A stretch of DNA of 64,000 nucleotides from Takakia lepidozioides (Eukaryota; Plantae; Bryophyta), in NCBI GenBank assembly GCA_030704615.1, contig CM060732.1, positions 81,282,001 through 81,346,000 on the forward strand, read 5' to 3'. A model generated the notes under the pieces. It searched no databases and was not told the origin of the DNA. It saw only the letters and a program-made list of their open reading frames with translations. The position numbers and the translations under genes are program-made. Shown here in pieces: positions 27,496-40,312 of this stretch (its first letter is position 1; every line of letters begins with the position of its first letter).

Positions 27496-29912
27496 TGCTC
27501 GAATCTGCTCCTCACAGTGTTTTTCTTCCGAGTTCACTCTTTCTCAGGAAGAGCTGCCTGACAACCTCCCAGTGACACAATGCGTCCGAATCGCCAAGAG
27601 AAACCAATTTTCCTGTGGAAAACCCAAGTCTTGCGACAGGCAGCAAAAGAGAGAGAAAACCGTGGAAAGTCTTGTACTGCTTCAGGCTGATATTGTCGAT
27701 CACAGCATACAAAGGAATGATCGATTTGCGCTTAGCTCAATGCAATACAAGAGAGCTCTAGAAGCTACATATACATACAGAAGAAGGTTGGCTGGTGAAG
27801 CTGGCAAGATTGCGACAGGAAGGCGTCCAAACGCGCAAGGAACAAGCGCGTCATCAAAGTACTGTTCACCGCCGTCACTGTGCCTTCCGAGTGTTTTCTC
27901 GCCAACAAAAGTGGAACACACGCATTCAGTGTTACCCACATACGGGAACTTGGGAATGCGTCAAATAACACAAAAAGCATGAACCCTTTTCTCTTGTGCG
28001 TACATCCCCTCTTCCTTCTTTCTACTACCCTCTCTCTCACCTCATCACTGAGCGAAGCGCTCCAGAGGTGACTCTTCGCTCACATGTTTATAACTAATGG
28101 TCACTCCACACCGAACTTCCTCTTGGTACCTCAAGGGACATTGAAATCCATCATCTCTTGCCAATTTATGTGGCAAGCGTGAGCAATTCTTACTGGATTT
28201 ACGTCTCTCGTAACATTACGTATGTCTTCTCTCATATTGCTATATGTAAATCATCACCAAGGAAGCATGTTTGCTGTCTGCAAAGCCTTCAACGCAGCTT
28301 TGTATATTTAGTGAGCCTGTAGTGTAAGTTTCTTTCTCGCGATCGGGTCCACCGCCAGTGTACTTCATTACCCAGGTTATAGAGATTTTCTCCTTCAGGG
28401 TTTGTCTCCCTGGGATTCATGAAAATTCCCTATCTCAATCTGGTACTCATTTGAATTTGGAGATCCGCAGCCAGCACGGAGACTGTGAGATTACCTTGCA
28501 AATGAGATCTGACATCTGATGTAGTTCCTCCAAACCCTAGCCAATCTACTGAGCAGGGTTAAAACTGCAGGGATCAGACTCTCTTCCTATTCTCTTTCAT
28601 GCGGAAAAAGGTAGAAGAGATTTTCAAGTACCTGAATACTAGGAAGGACTGACCGTCTAGATGAAGCTGGCTGTTTCTTAGGCCATGTCGGAAGCACGAA
28701 GATCTGTGACCCGAACAAAACGAAGTTGGGCATAAACTTCCCCTGTACTCGTTTCCAGTTTGTGACATGGGTGAGGAGTGAGTACCTTAAGGATGATCAT
28801 CTGAAGGCTTACCTACTACCCCTCAACACAAGACTGAAATTTGAAGTTGGGAGTCTGCCTTCGAACATTAAAAGAAAAGGGAGATCGTCAAAGTGCGCGC
28901 CGCCTGAAACAACAACCAGTTTCTGCTACGATGTCCAGGGTATTCTCATCAGAGCGCTACTCTTCAGGACCATCAAGAACATAGTCCCAGCATCTCTGTT
29001 CACCAACTTCTAAAAACCTCGAGGCTGGCCCTAAAGCCCTGTTCCTGTTGAGGTCTAATTGCTGGGCAGCTCACACACAGCAGATTCATGCGTGTGTAAA
29101 TTCTTGTGTGATGGGCTTTCTAGAGGAAATCTGGAAAGCCTACACTAACTGTTTATACCAACCAAGGTAAGTCCCACTACTGGAGTGAGCCCGTCACAAA
29201 GTTAGTGGCTGTTTCCTCTTGTTCCGCCCAAACTGAGCGCCGGGTCTATGGCCGCAAGGCTACCTCAAACAATCTTCTGAGTACATTCGTTCATCATGAC
29301 CATCTTTGCTCTTTGCTTTTGAAACATGTCTAAGTTTCCCCATACATGTAAAGCCGACGAGTAGCCGAAGTGTGAACTGCTTGTAAACAACGCTCATATA
29401 ATTTCAACTTTCAGGAGATAGAAGGCCCGAGGCTTTCAAGCGGGGAGTATGAGGGCTTTTGACTGTGGCAGATGTTCCGATGCCAGGGCTGTCTCAGTGT
29501 TTGTTTGTTTGTTTGTTTAATAAAAAATTCTAAAAAAAAAAATCAAAAAAAAAAAATAAAAAAAATCCCTTTGGACAGCTGCAGGTATGAAGATCTAGTC
29601 AGCAGAAAATGGTCTGGTAGCTCAAAATGCCAATGGCTGAAGACAAGCTTCAATTTTGAATTTGAAAAAAAAAAGAGGCGGTCAATTAAAAATCAGCATC
29701 TTTGCCCAGCAACTCAGTGCAAACATGCTGAAAGAATCACTGTACAGGTGCCTAGTAGGCTTTTTGGTTTCTCCTCATCCCCGCTTTGGGGAGGGCAACA
29801 GGGAGACCTCCTTTGGCCAGATCGGTTACATCGATTCAAACCATCAGGCCCTATCGCACAAACTAAACTTCTCGGTGTCACTTTGGTAAGATTGGATTCA
29901 TACCAATCTCTT

Positions 29913-30635
29913 TTATCGTGTGAGCTTGCAGCTCTTGGAATTCACCTTGGCCGCCTGGCCGGAAGCTGTCCCCGGGCTCACATTCAAGTTGCAAGTCACG
30001 TTCAAGTTGCAAGTCACGTGAACCCAGAAATGGAAAGACTTGTAAGAAACAACCTTCACGCGAGCCTTGACGTCCGCCCTGACCTGCAAAGGAATGCTGT
30101 TGTTCGAGATATCGGTTTCTAATGAAGTTCCCAGTTTCTGTTGGAGAGGGAAGTCCGTAACACGCACCTCTGAGGTCACTATAGTAGTGTTCTGATGACC
30201 CTGATAGAACGGAGCAATTGTGCTGTTTCCAAACTGAGTTCCATCGTAGGAAGTGTAAATGTTGATGGCGTCGTACTCGATGCCTATTTTCTTGTTGGGA
30301 TTTCGGGCCTCAACAGTGTACACGATGTCCGAATTCAGCGAGTAGTTTGAAGAGACTGAGAAACCTTTGAACTGAACGTCTTGGATGGAGTACTGAGGAG
30401 CCTTCGGTCGCAGAGTCAGCCAGATAACAAGAGCAGCGATGCCCAAAACCACAATAACAAAGATGAGAATGGAACAACACCATGAAAACAAGCAACAGCA
30501 GCAACCACGACCATGGCCACGACGAGCTGGGCGCGAGTAGGTGGCGGGTGGAGGAATGGGCCCGATATCAGCACCCTTCATTCGGTGCATGTTCGGGTTT
30601 AGTGGTACATGATCCGGGTAGATCCTGTCTGCCAT
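29913..30635 (-). CDS. NDR1/HIN1-like (LEA_2 domain) protein, paralog 2
   Basis: Same motifs as paralog 1 and highly similar. Start taken at MADRIYP by alignment. Carries an in-frame TCNLNV duplication. Confidence 0.92.
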   Translation of the reverse strand: MADRIYPDHVPLNPNMHRMKGADIGPIPPPATYSRPARRGHGRGCCCCLFSWCCSILIFVIVVLGIAALVIWLTLRPKAPQYSIQDVQFKGFSVSSNYSLNSDIVYTVEARNPNKKIGIEYDAINIYTSYDGTQFGNSTIAPFYQGHQNTTIVTSEVRVTDFPLQQKLGTSLETDISNNSIPLQVRADVKARVKVVSYKSFHFWVHVTCNLNVTCNLNVSPGTASGQAAKVNSKSCKLTR

Positions 30636-33099
30636 TGCTGTAATTCTCTCCTTTTGAGCACAGTCCTTTCTTCCCGCGAACCTCCAATCCCTTTCAGCGA
30701 TGCGCCAGGCAACCTCCCACCAACGCAACGTGTATAGATCGCCGAAAGAAACAAATTTGGACCCCGTCTATGAAAACCCAGGTGAGCTTGCAACAGGCCC
30801 GGAAAGGAGAGACCAACACAGGTCTGCTCGATCGAGAGAGAGAGAGATAGAACACTGTTGGGTGAAATTCACTCACAGCAGCACGAATTTCTCTGTATGC
30901 GCAGTGCTTCAGGCTGACGTCGATCACAATGGGGAGATTCCCCAAAAGTCTTCAGATCTACGAGAGCTCGAGATGCTGAGACTCAATGGGAAAGATTATG
31001 GAAGAGAGCAGGATAAAGCGATATATATATAGGTGTTTATCAATGCACAACGAACGCGTCAATACGCGCACCGAGACAGAGAAGCGCGTACCCAAATTCT
31101 TTGTTTTGCCGTCGCTGTGCCGTCCCAGCGTTAATCCTCCGGACTAAGTCTCCCGACCCACCAAAGTAGAGGATTTTGTCTCACAATTGCATTGATTTTA
31201 AATGGGTTTTCCTAAGATGATCGGAAGGTGCCGAGCAAGATACCTACTCCCGAGCTGCAAGGCGATCGCCATCACTGCAAAATAGTCGTGACCACTCATC
31301 ACAGTCAACATACAATCATCGGGATTACTTTTGTTTTCCTCCGAATTTAGACGAACGTGTGCCTTTTTCTGGTACTAGCTGGATTCGTGGGGTCCATCTG
31401 CAGTAAACTGGCAGCTTCCATAGGGCGTCCATCTCACATATAGCTCATAAGGTGTCGCACATGCACACAGTGGACAGCCGATCACATGTACACACAATTT
31501 GTGTCTTAGTGGGCCAATGCTTCGTCACACTATCCGCCTTCAATGACGGGCTTCGAAAGTTCATTTGTTCAACTAATTTATTCGCCTCTTGAAAACAAAA
31601 AGGGAATTTGTGCTTCTGTTGCTTCGCAGCTGCAGAAGCCATGTGTCGGGCCGACCCCACCCACCTCCCCCTTATCTACTTCAGGCAGATGGTTGGGAAT
31701 ATATGCTTTTTCTATTCTGTTGTTTCTACTTTTCTTTCTCTGTTGGAGACGTTTTGCTCGTGTTGTACAATCACGTCATGTTCTGGTACTTAATAAAGCC
31801 CTCGGGTTTCAGCAATTTGCGTTCCATTCGATCTCCTGTCCTTTATTTGCTTTTTATTGATCCTTGCACCCACTTTGTTGCATCTCTGTATTAAAAAACT
31901 TGCTGCTGCTCGAGTAGATCACTGTTATACAGGCAGATTCATCTCCGAGAAAGATCGCAGAAGCAGTAGAGATCCCTCAGTTTCGCCATGCTGTATGGGG
32001 TCTTGGGACCCAAATGTTGACAAAATAGCAACCTTCTCCGTGAATTTTGGCCCGCAACTGCTGGCTTTCTCACAAATTCCACGGCAGCCCTATGTTTGCG
32101 GCGTTTCCGAGAGATCAGAGAGGTGGTTAGGGCATGGTGGCAACGGAGAAGGCGAGTCCCAATCCAAATACATATCTCATCTGTTGGATCTAACGTTTTG
32201 TGATACTCCGCTTGGTAGCAAAACGGGGTCACCTGGAGAGAATTGACCACATTAACGAATTAAGGATTGATCTTGACCTAAGATAGCTTCACTACTTGCC
32301 TTTTCCAGTGCATACTGTGCTCGATGTTACCAAGCATCCCATAGATAATAATTAGGGAAGTAAGGGCCAATCTCGTCAGTGCACTGGACACTCACTGGAC
32401 ACGGAAAGATAGCTCGGCCTCTATCGATCGCATTCTTTCTTTTGCCATTCTGAGAGTACGACTGAACAGTGAACCTCGCAAATCTTGTCGTAGGACTAGG
32501 ATTTCCAAATTAGTCAGAATGACAGTCAGATCCGGCGACCTTATGGGACTTGACCGTCATATCGATCAGGATTGAAAGGATGACTTCACTGCTACGTTGG
32601 CACCACGGAACCTCAATATGTACATAGTCATAATCTGTCAGAGCACGCGTGGAAAATCACACCTGACGATACATGTTGGGTGATGATCGAACAAGTATGT
32701 AACCGTCGTAGCATGATTTCAGCCATGGAGCGAGCTGGCTTTCCATGTAGATGAGACACATACAGGAAGATCGATCTGACTGTGATTCTCAGCATGAGTC
32801 CCAACACACTGTATCGCAAATTATACAATCCGGTAAGAATCCGCATTCCACCTAAACTTGGGGCACGATCTGCAAGTTGGTGTCGGAAGGTGAGGCACCC
32901 ATCTCTTTAACAGAAGCAGTGCTGATCAGTGGGAGAAAGATCGATGATGATCAGTGAATCTGTGATGCTCAAAACACGCTTAGGGTTAGCATTCTCGTTG
33001 TGGCACCAATTGGTGGATTGAACGATTGAACCCACAACCACTTCTGAGGTTATGTGTGCCCACGTTTTATATTCCAGGAAAACCCAATTTGCTCTTTTT

Positions 33100-36000
33100 A
33101 ATGAGTTTCTAGTGATAAAAATACTTGAAATTCAATATCTACCACACCGGAAGTCCAAAAATTATGAAAGAAACGAAGAGACAAATGCTTAGGTGGCTGC
33201 AGTCATATTTGTGCATGTAATGGCGGAAATGGGCGATGCACCCCTACCCATTGAGGGCTTTCCAGCGGTATCAAGACCCCAGGCGGAGGCCTTGCGGTTT
33301 GGGAGATCTCAACGACGAAACAAAACAAAACAAAGTACCTTGCTTAATATATTGATATTCACATCAATATATGAAGCAAGACATCTGTTTTGTTTTGTTT
33401 TGTCACGTTGAGATGTCCCAAACAGCGAGGCCCCATGTGCTTGGTACCCTTGGAAAGCCCTTGGTCTCATGATTTTTGGACCTGCGGTGTGGGAGAGGTG
33501 GAATTCCAAGTACTTTTGGTCGCTGGAAATTCACGAAAATAGCAAAATGGGCATTATTGGGACAATGGTTAGAGCCTTGACAGGAGAGATATCAAGGGAA
33601 AGGTCTCCGGTTCGAATCTGGTCGTAAGCTCTATGGAAAAAAAAATGCATTTGGACTTAGACGACATTGGACACTAGGGCCAACGGCACGGGCTACCCTA
33701 TGGAATTTCAAGTACTTTGGGCCGTTGGAAATACGGGAAAAATAGCACAGCGGGCTTTCCTGGAGCAGTGATTGGCCGTTCATGTGGGAGATTTGGAATT
33801 TCAAGTACTTTTGGTCGCTGAAAATTCGCGAAAAATAGCAAAGTGGATATTTCGATATATAAAACCTCGATAGGGGAGATTGCAAAAATAGCAAAATGGG
33901 CTTTGTTGGAACAATGACAATGAGATCTCCCAAACTGCAGGGCCTCTTTATGCACGGGGGATTGCACTTGGGCCTATACATGGGAGAAACACTTGGATAC
34001 ATCGGAGATTGCACTTGGGCTTAGATTTCAATTCTTTACATATAGGCCAATGGCACATGCTACCCTAGGCGTAGATCTCCCAAACATGAAGGTCTCTAGA
34101 CACATAGGGGATTGCACTTGGACTTAGATGACCCTGGATACTTGGGCCAACGGCAGAGGCTATCCTAGTCAATATGTGAAGGAAGCCAGTTTGTTTGTTT
34201 GTTTGTTGTTTGTTTTGTTTTGTTTTGTTTTGTTTTGTCACGTGGAGATGTCCCAAACCGCAAGGCCCCAGCCCTGGTGCTTGGTACCGTTGGAAAGCCC
34301 TTGACGAGGAGGGGTGCACGGGCTTGGTCTCATGATTTTTGGACCTGCGGTGTGGGAGATGTGAATTTTCAAGTACTTTGGGTTGCTGGAAATTAGTGAA
34401 AGTGGGCATTCATGGGACTATGGTTGGAGCCTCGACATGAGGGATATCAAGGGAAAGGGCTCCGGTTCAAATCTGGTCGTAGGTTCCGTGGAAAAAAAAT
34501 GATTAGATATAGCTTGCTTCATATATTAATGATGCACTTGGACTTAGTTGACATTTGACACTTGCGCCAACAACTCATGCTACCCTAGATACCGGAGATA
34601 TATCAATAATGATTGGATATATTATTACTCACTGCGGGAGAGTTTGCTTTGGGTACTATACCAATAGAGGGTGAGGAAATTGGTATACTAGTATATAAGG
34701 TTATCAATAGTCTGGGTTTAGTTTTCCGTTACGAAGCCGCGTCTATTCCGTAGAGTACTTTCATCATGTCCGGAAACGTTGCTTCGAACGCAGTGTCTGG
34801 GGGTTCCTCGGGAAGTGGGCGTAAAGGTAGGAAGCATAAACATGCACATGAACGAGATAGTCAGGTCAACAAAAAAGACTATCCAAGCGCAGAGGCCGCG
34901 AAGGTGGTGAAGCAAGTAGTGTTGGATTATTTGAAGGACAATGACATAATGCGTTTGAATCTAAAAATATATATTGGGCCTTGATAGGGGAGACGAACTT
35001 GGATACATAGGAGATTGCACTTGGGCTTAGATGACAATGGGCACTTGGGCCTCTACATAGGAGATGCACTTGGATACATGACTAGAAGATTGCACTTGGG
35101 CTTAGATGGGCCTCGACATATGAGACGCACTTGGATACATGGGAATTTGCACTTGGTCTACATTTCGATTCTTCACACATGGCCAAAGGCACAGGCTACC
35201 CTAGAGGTCGCACTTGGTAGGAGACGTACTGGGATACATAGAAGATCTTACACTTGGGCTTAGATAACACTGGACACTTGGGCCAACAGTACAGACTACC
35301 CTAGAGGTCGCATTTGGGCCGTAACATAGGAGACGCACTTGGATACATAGGGGATTGCACTTGGACTTAGATGACACTGGACATTTGGGCCAACAACACA
35401 GGCTATTCTAGTTGATAATGATATTCCCCTTGTTATAAAGTTCTCTGAGTTCCCCTTTGTTTGCAGAAGTTCTCCAAGGCGTATTGGCTCCCTCATGACA
35501 GATTTTGACAACTCCTGGGCAAAAAGTGGGCACATCTCCTCTAGGAAACCTTATGTCCACCCTCATTGGCGATCATGGTAACCCTTGGCCATCCCCGTGG
35601 ATGCTGAGGATCCTGAGATTAATTGGAGGCATTGGAAAAATTGAGAGACAATAGTTAGGGCCCTCTACAGGAAACACGGACTCCATATGTCTCTTTGTTG
35701 TCAGCTAGCTACTTGGACTCACTCCTGGGCACTTTTATTTATATCTATGATTAATTTTAAAAACAATAGGCTCCCTGCATGTAGCGTAGTGTCACTGTTT
35801 GGCTATATCCACTCTGGGCCCTTCTCTTCATGCTTGGTTCTATTTGGTGAACATCTCCTCTGGATGTTGTCCTACTTATTAGGACCAGCCATTTTCCTTT
35901 GGTGATGACTGTGACCTCGGGAAGTTGATCTTATTATGGTTCCTGGCTCTTTTCTTTGTGCCACTAGCATACAGGTTCTTAATAGATTCTTTAGCTTCTC

Positions 36001-36520
36001 TTTCGTCATGTTCGTCCCATGGCTCTCTAAGTCATATCTTTGTTGACCGAGGTTTTCTCGGGGATATGTTCTTTTTTTTTAGCTTGCCTTCGATGGTTGG
36101 GTTAAGGTGATACTCTATCGTTCTGATGTATCCCTCATGGACCTTCACATGCCAGTTATTTTTTCTATGTTATTTGAATATGAATTGCAGGGCCTCCGTC
36201 CCCTTTTTGTTTTTTTTTTAAACAATTGAGGGCCTCTATCTCCTCTTCATTAAGAAAAACAATACATATATACATCAATATATGAAGCGAGATGTTTTTT
36301 TTTGTTTTGTTTTGTATTGTCATGTTGAGATGTCCCAAATCGCGGGGGGCCGGCCTTGGTGCTTGGTACCGTTAGAAACCCCTCGATGAGGAGGGGTGCA
36401 CCAGGTTGCTCTCATGATTTTTGGACGTGCGGTGTGGGAGATGTCATTTTTCAAGTACTTTGGGTCCCTGGAAATTCGGGACAAATAGCAAAGTGGGGTT
36501 TCTTGGGACATATATATGTA
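33100..36520. repeat. Cluster of a non-autonomous repeat family (Helitron/MITE-like)
   Basis: A ~250-bp unit (GAGATGTCCCAAA...GGTACC...CTCATGATTTTTGGAC...TTCAAGTACTTT) occurs at ~33385, ~34225 and ~36300 and inverted at ~33100-33335. Many CACTTGG modules end in GGCCAAC/T...GCTACCCTAG. Starts are shared (CATCAATATATGAAGC). Confidence 0.6.
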
Positions 36521-37969
36521 TGTATGTATGTGTGTATATGTATCCAATGTATAAATGTTAGTGATAAATTTATAATATAAAATACATATATTTGTTAAAG
36601 TGTAAAGATAAAGCTAAATCCTAAACTTGAGAAGTGTCCCATGAGCCTTGTAGCTTGGCCCCTCATGGCAAGAAAAATGTTATTTTTTCCTCCCCTACAG
36701 TTAAAGGGCATGTATTTTCTTTTACTTTATATTTTAAATTTCAAAAAGAACACTAAAGTACATGTTCTTCTTTTCGCTATGCCCATCAATCTACAAATTA
36801 GAACAACAACAACAAAATTACCAATTAGAAAGACACAAGGACTATAATCAACTTGACCCGACTTTTTGGGAGACATGATTTTTTTTTTCTTTTATTTGAA
36901 AAAAGGACACCAGGAGCAACCTCGAGTCACAAATCAGCCTTATAGTTAGAGGAGATGTCAAGTTATTTTTACCACTAGTGTGAAGTTAGCTAGGAAATAG
37001 GTAGCTTTTATATATTGACATTTGGGATTGACCCAAGTGTCAATCCAAGGGCCAATATATGTTTGGGCACCTGACGTTGTTATCTTCACGGCAGATCGCG
37101 GTGGGCTCATCTTTCTCGAATTGAGCCTCACCGCGCCTAGCTATGGCGCCGTAGTGTGGATTCCCCATGGCGTGGGGTGCACTTGGCTTGACTTGTATTT
37201 GAGTGATGAGTTTATATATGCATGAGTTTATGCTTCAGCTTTGTGAGCTCGCATGAGCTTGTGCTTGTCTTCTTCTTTTTTATCACTCGAGAAAGATGAG
37301 CTCGTATCTGTGAGTGCCAGATACGAGTTAGTTGTAGCACTTGTGGTTTTTGCTTGAGAATGAGAGAAACCAGGTTGTTATGCAAGAAGCACCGTGGAGC
37401 TCTTGGTTGTTAGAAGCGGAGGCAATGTGGGTTACGAGGTGGTAGACCTTGGCATTCGATCTTCAGCTTCAAAGATGAAAGCATCATGCTGCAGGTAATT
37501 CCAGAGCACCTTGATGGTTTCAAATTGTGTACATGCATGAGCAAGCACGATTGGGAAGAGGACCAGTCAAGAGCAGGTTATAGTGGCTTTGGTGGCAAAG
37601 CTGAGAACTGGACTTGGGAATGCGAGCTTTCATTGTGTGAAGGATTGCAAGACCAAGCGAAAGGGCTGATTTAGTTTGGGGCAAATCAGTGCACTTTGTG
37701 GAGTATGTTGAGATTGGGTTTCAATCTCGAGCTTCAGCATTGAGAGGGCTCTTGTCATGGCAAGAGCAGGGCTGGAACAGGAGCTAAGAAGTGCGGCAAG
37801 GCCATGGAATGTGCACCTAGGGTTTCAGAGCTTGGAAGAAGAGCTCTTGCACCATAAGATGAGTGTCTTGTGGCTGGAAATGTAAGCCTTAAGGTTTCAG
37901 GAGCTTGGAAAAGACTGTGGAGTGCTTAGTCTAGTCTTAGAGAGCATCAAGGAGCCAAGGAGCCAAGAT

Positions 37970-38430
37970 AGGGGGCTGATACCTCTTGTGTGAAGAGGTT
38001 GCATGTGTGGAGCATGTATTCAGCTCATTGAAGCTTCCATCTTCAAGCTTGGAGGGCAAGCAAGGAAGAGGGAAGGGCTGACTTCCCTTATGTGAGGGCA
38101 ATGCATGTGTGGAGCATGCTTTCGGCCTGTTGAAGGCTTATACTTTCAAGTTTGGGAGTGCAAGAAAGGAAAGAAAGGGCTGGTTTCCCTGTAGGGCATG
38201 TGTGGAGCATGCTTCCAGCCCGCTGAAGCTTGTATTTTCAGGTTGGTGGATGCAAGAAAGGAAGCAAAGGGGCTGATTCTCTTGTGGTGAGAGTGGGGCA
38301 TGTGTGGAGCATGCCTTCAGTCCATTGGGCTTTTGTTTTCAAGCTTTAGAGAACTAGAAGAGAAAGTAAGAGGCTGATCTGCTCTTATGTGACAGTCCGA
38401 CACTTGTAGAGCGTGTTCTTAGTTGGGGTT
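37970..38430 (+). repeat. ~100-bp tandem repeat, about 4.5 copies
   Basis: Core GCATGTGTGGAGCATG at 38001, 38103, 38196 and 38298, plus a degenerate fifth copy. Confidence 0.85.
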
Positions 38431-38817
38431 TCAACCTCAAGCCTAGATAGAGCATGGCTCTTGAAGTGGCAGATGTAGGGGGCTGGAATAGGCTCTAAAA
38501 CAGGTGCTATGGCCAAGGAAAATGCTTGAATGAGTGCTCACAAGGGCTGGAAATCAGCAAGGCTTGGTTGTTTGCCATTGAGTTTAGTGGCGTGTTTGGG
38601 GAGTTTAAGTGATAAAGAATGCTTGGTTTGTGGCAACCATCTTCCTCATGGCTTAGGGCTACTATTGGTGGTGTGTGGGAGCCGAAAGAGCAAGAATACC
38701 TTGCTGATTTCTTCACACCCGCCATAGCTCGGTGCAAAGAAGCCTAGAGTCCAAGAGACACAAACCCTAGCTTGGCATGGCTAAACCCCTTGGAGAAATG
38801 TGTAAACTGTCATGAGT

Positions 38818-39410
38818 GGCCTGTGGGGCTGTGACGGGCTGTGACGGGCTGTGGCAAGCTGTGACGGGCTGTGATGGGCTGTGACAGGCTGTGCCCTGTG
38901 GCCTGTGGGGTTGTGACGGGCTGTGACACGCTGTGATGGGCTGTGAGGGGCTGTGACAGGTTGTGCCCTGTGGCCTGTGGGGCTGTGACGGGCTGTGACA
39001 GGCTGTGCCCTGTGGCCTGTGGGGCTGTGAGGGGTTGTGAGGGGCTGTGCCATGTGGCCTATGGGGCTGTGAGGGGCTGTGATAGGCTGTGGCCTTTGGG
39101 GCTGTGACCACTGTTACCTGTGTAGGGCTGTGACAGGCTGTGTCAGGCTGTGCCCTATGGCTTGTGGGGCTGTGACGGGCTGTGAGGGGCTGTGACAGGC
39201 TGTGCCCTGTGGCCTATGGGGCTGTGACAGGCTGTGGCCTTTGGGGCTGTGACCCTGTGACCTTTGTAGGGTTGTGACAGGCTGTGCCTGTGGCCTTTGG
39301 GGTTGTGATGGGCTGTGACAGGCTGCGGCCTGTGGGGCTGTGACCCTGTGACCTGTGTAGGGCTGTGACAGGTTGTGGCCTGTGTGGGGCTGTGACGGCT
39401 GTGACCAGTG
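38818..39410 (+). repeat. GGCTGTGAC/GGCTGTG minisatellite upstream of element B gag remnant
   Basis: Dozens of degenerate GGCTGTGA(C/G) units, directly visible. Confidence 0.9.
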
Positions 39411-40312
39411 ATCTGTTTGGGCATGTGCTGGTCTGTGGTGGCCCATGTTGACCTGTGGACGGCCTGTGCTGACTCGAATCAACATGCTCAAGGCAAGAAG
39501 GGGGCTCAGGTGAAGCTCAGGGAAGGGCAGAGAGGACCTCAGATGCAAGGGTCTCTCCCTTCATTTGCTGGGCAACAACGAGCGGATGTGGTGTACTGGA
39601 CATGTGGAGGACCCCATGTCAAGAAGGATTGCCCAGAGGGAGGCAAAGGGCCGGCACATGCACAGCCTGCACAGTTGCAGTGTGGGCATTGTGGCAAGTA
39701 CGGGCATGGAGAGGCCTAGTGTTATGGTTTGCATCCTGAGTTGCGCCCAGGCCAGTTCCAAGGGAACAATGGTGGCCGGAGGCGAGGTGGAGCAGCCCAG
39801 AGAGGATGAGGTGGCCAGGCACGAGGTGCAGGCTAAGGGCAAGCTCAACATGGCCAAGGACGCGGAGGTCAGGGTGTTGACCAAGGCATGGCCAACCGAC
39901 TTCAGCAGCTAGAGCAGAGGCTCGCTGCCATGGCTATAGCTCAGGTGGTACCGGCTCCAAGGCCGGATGGTCCACCTCCTGCTCCTGAGAGAGGAGATAT
40001 GGGAGGCATGGGATTCATGTGCGGAGCAGCACTACCACTAGTGCAGGTGGAGTTTGTTGCAGCCGTGACTCGAGGAGCAGCACGAGTTCCTGAGCCACGA
40101 GGTGCAAAGGTGGAGTTGGATCCACAGCGTGGGGTGCAAGCCGTCAGGCTAGGCTTCCTCAGTCATTCACATTGGTGGAGACAATGTCGACGCCATCCAT
40201 GGTACCTAGTTCTCGCCCGACTGTTACCGAGGCGGAGGTTACTATACTATTGGGGAGAGCTACACGGGTAGCACCACTACCTAGTGTTGCCAAGGCTACG
40301 GCAGCTAGTGTG

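Noticed and set aside
30636-30728. N-terminal extensions of the NHL ORFs in the ORF track (also 27496-27537)
   Set aside because: They start at non-ATG codons and are not conserved between paralogs, so the ATG before RIYP was used.
37970-38430. CRISPR-like look: 16-bp core repeated every ~100 bp
   Set aside because: The intervening sequences are homologous to each other, the context is eukaryotic and there are no cas genes. It is a tandem repeat.
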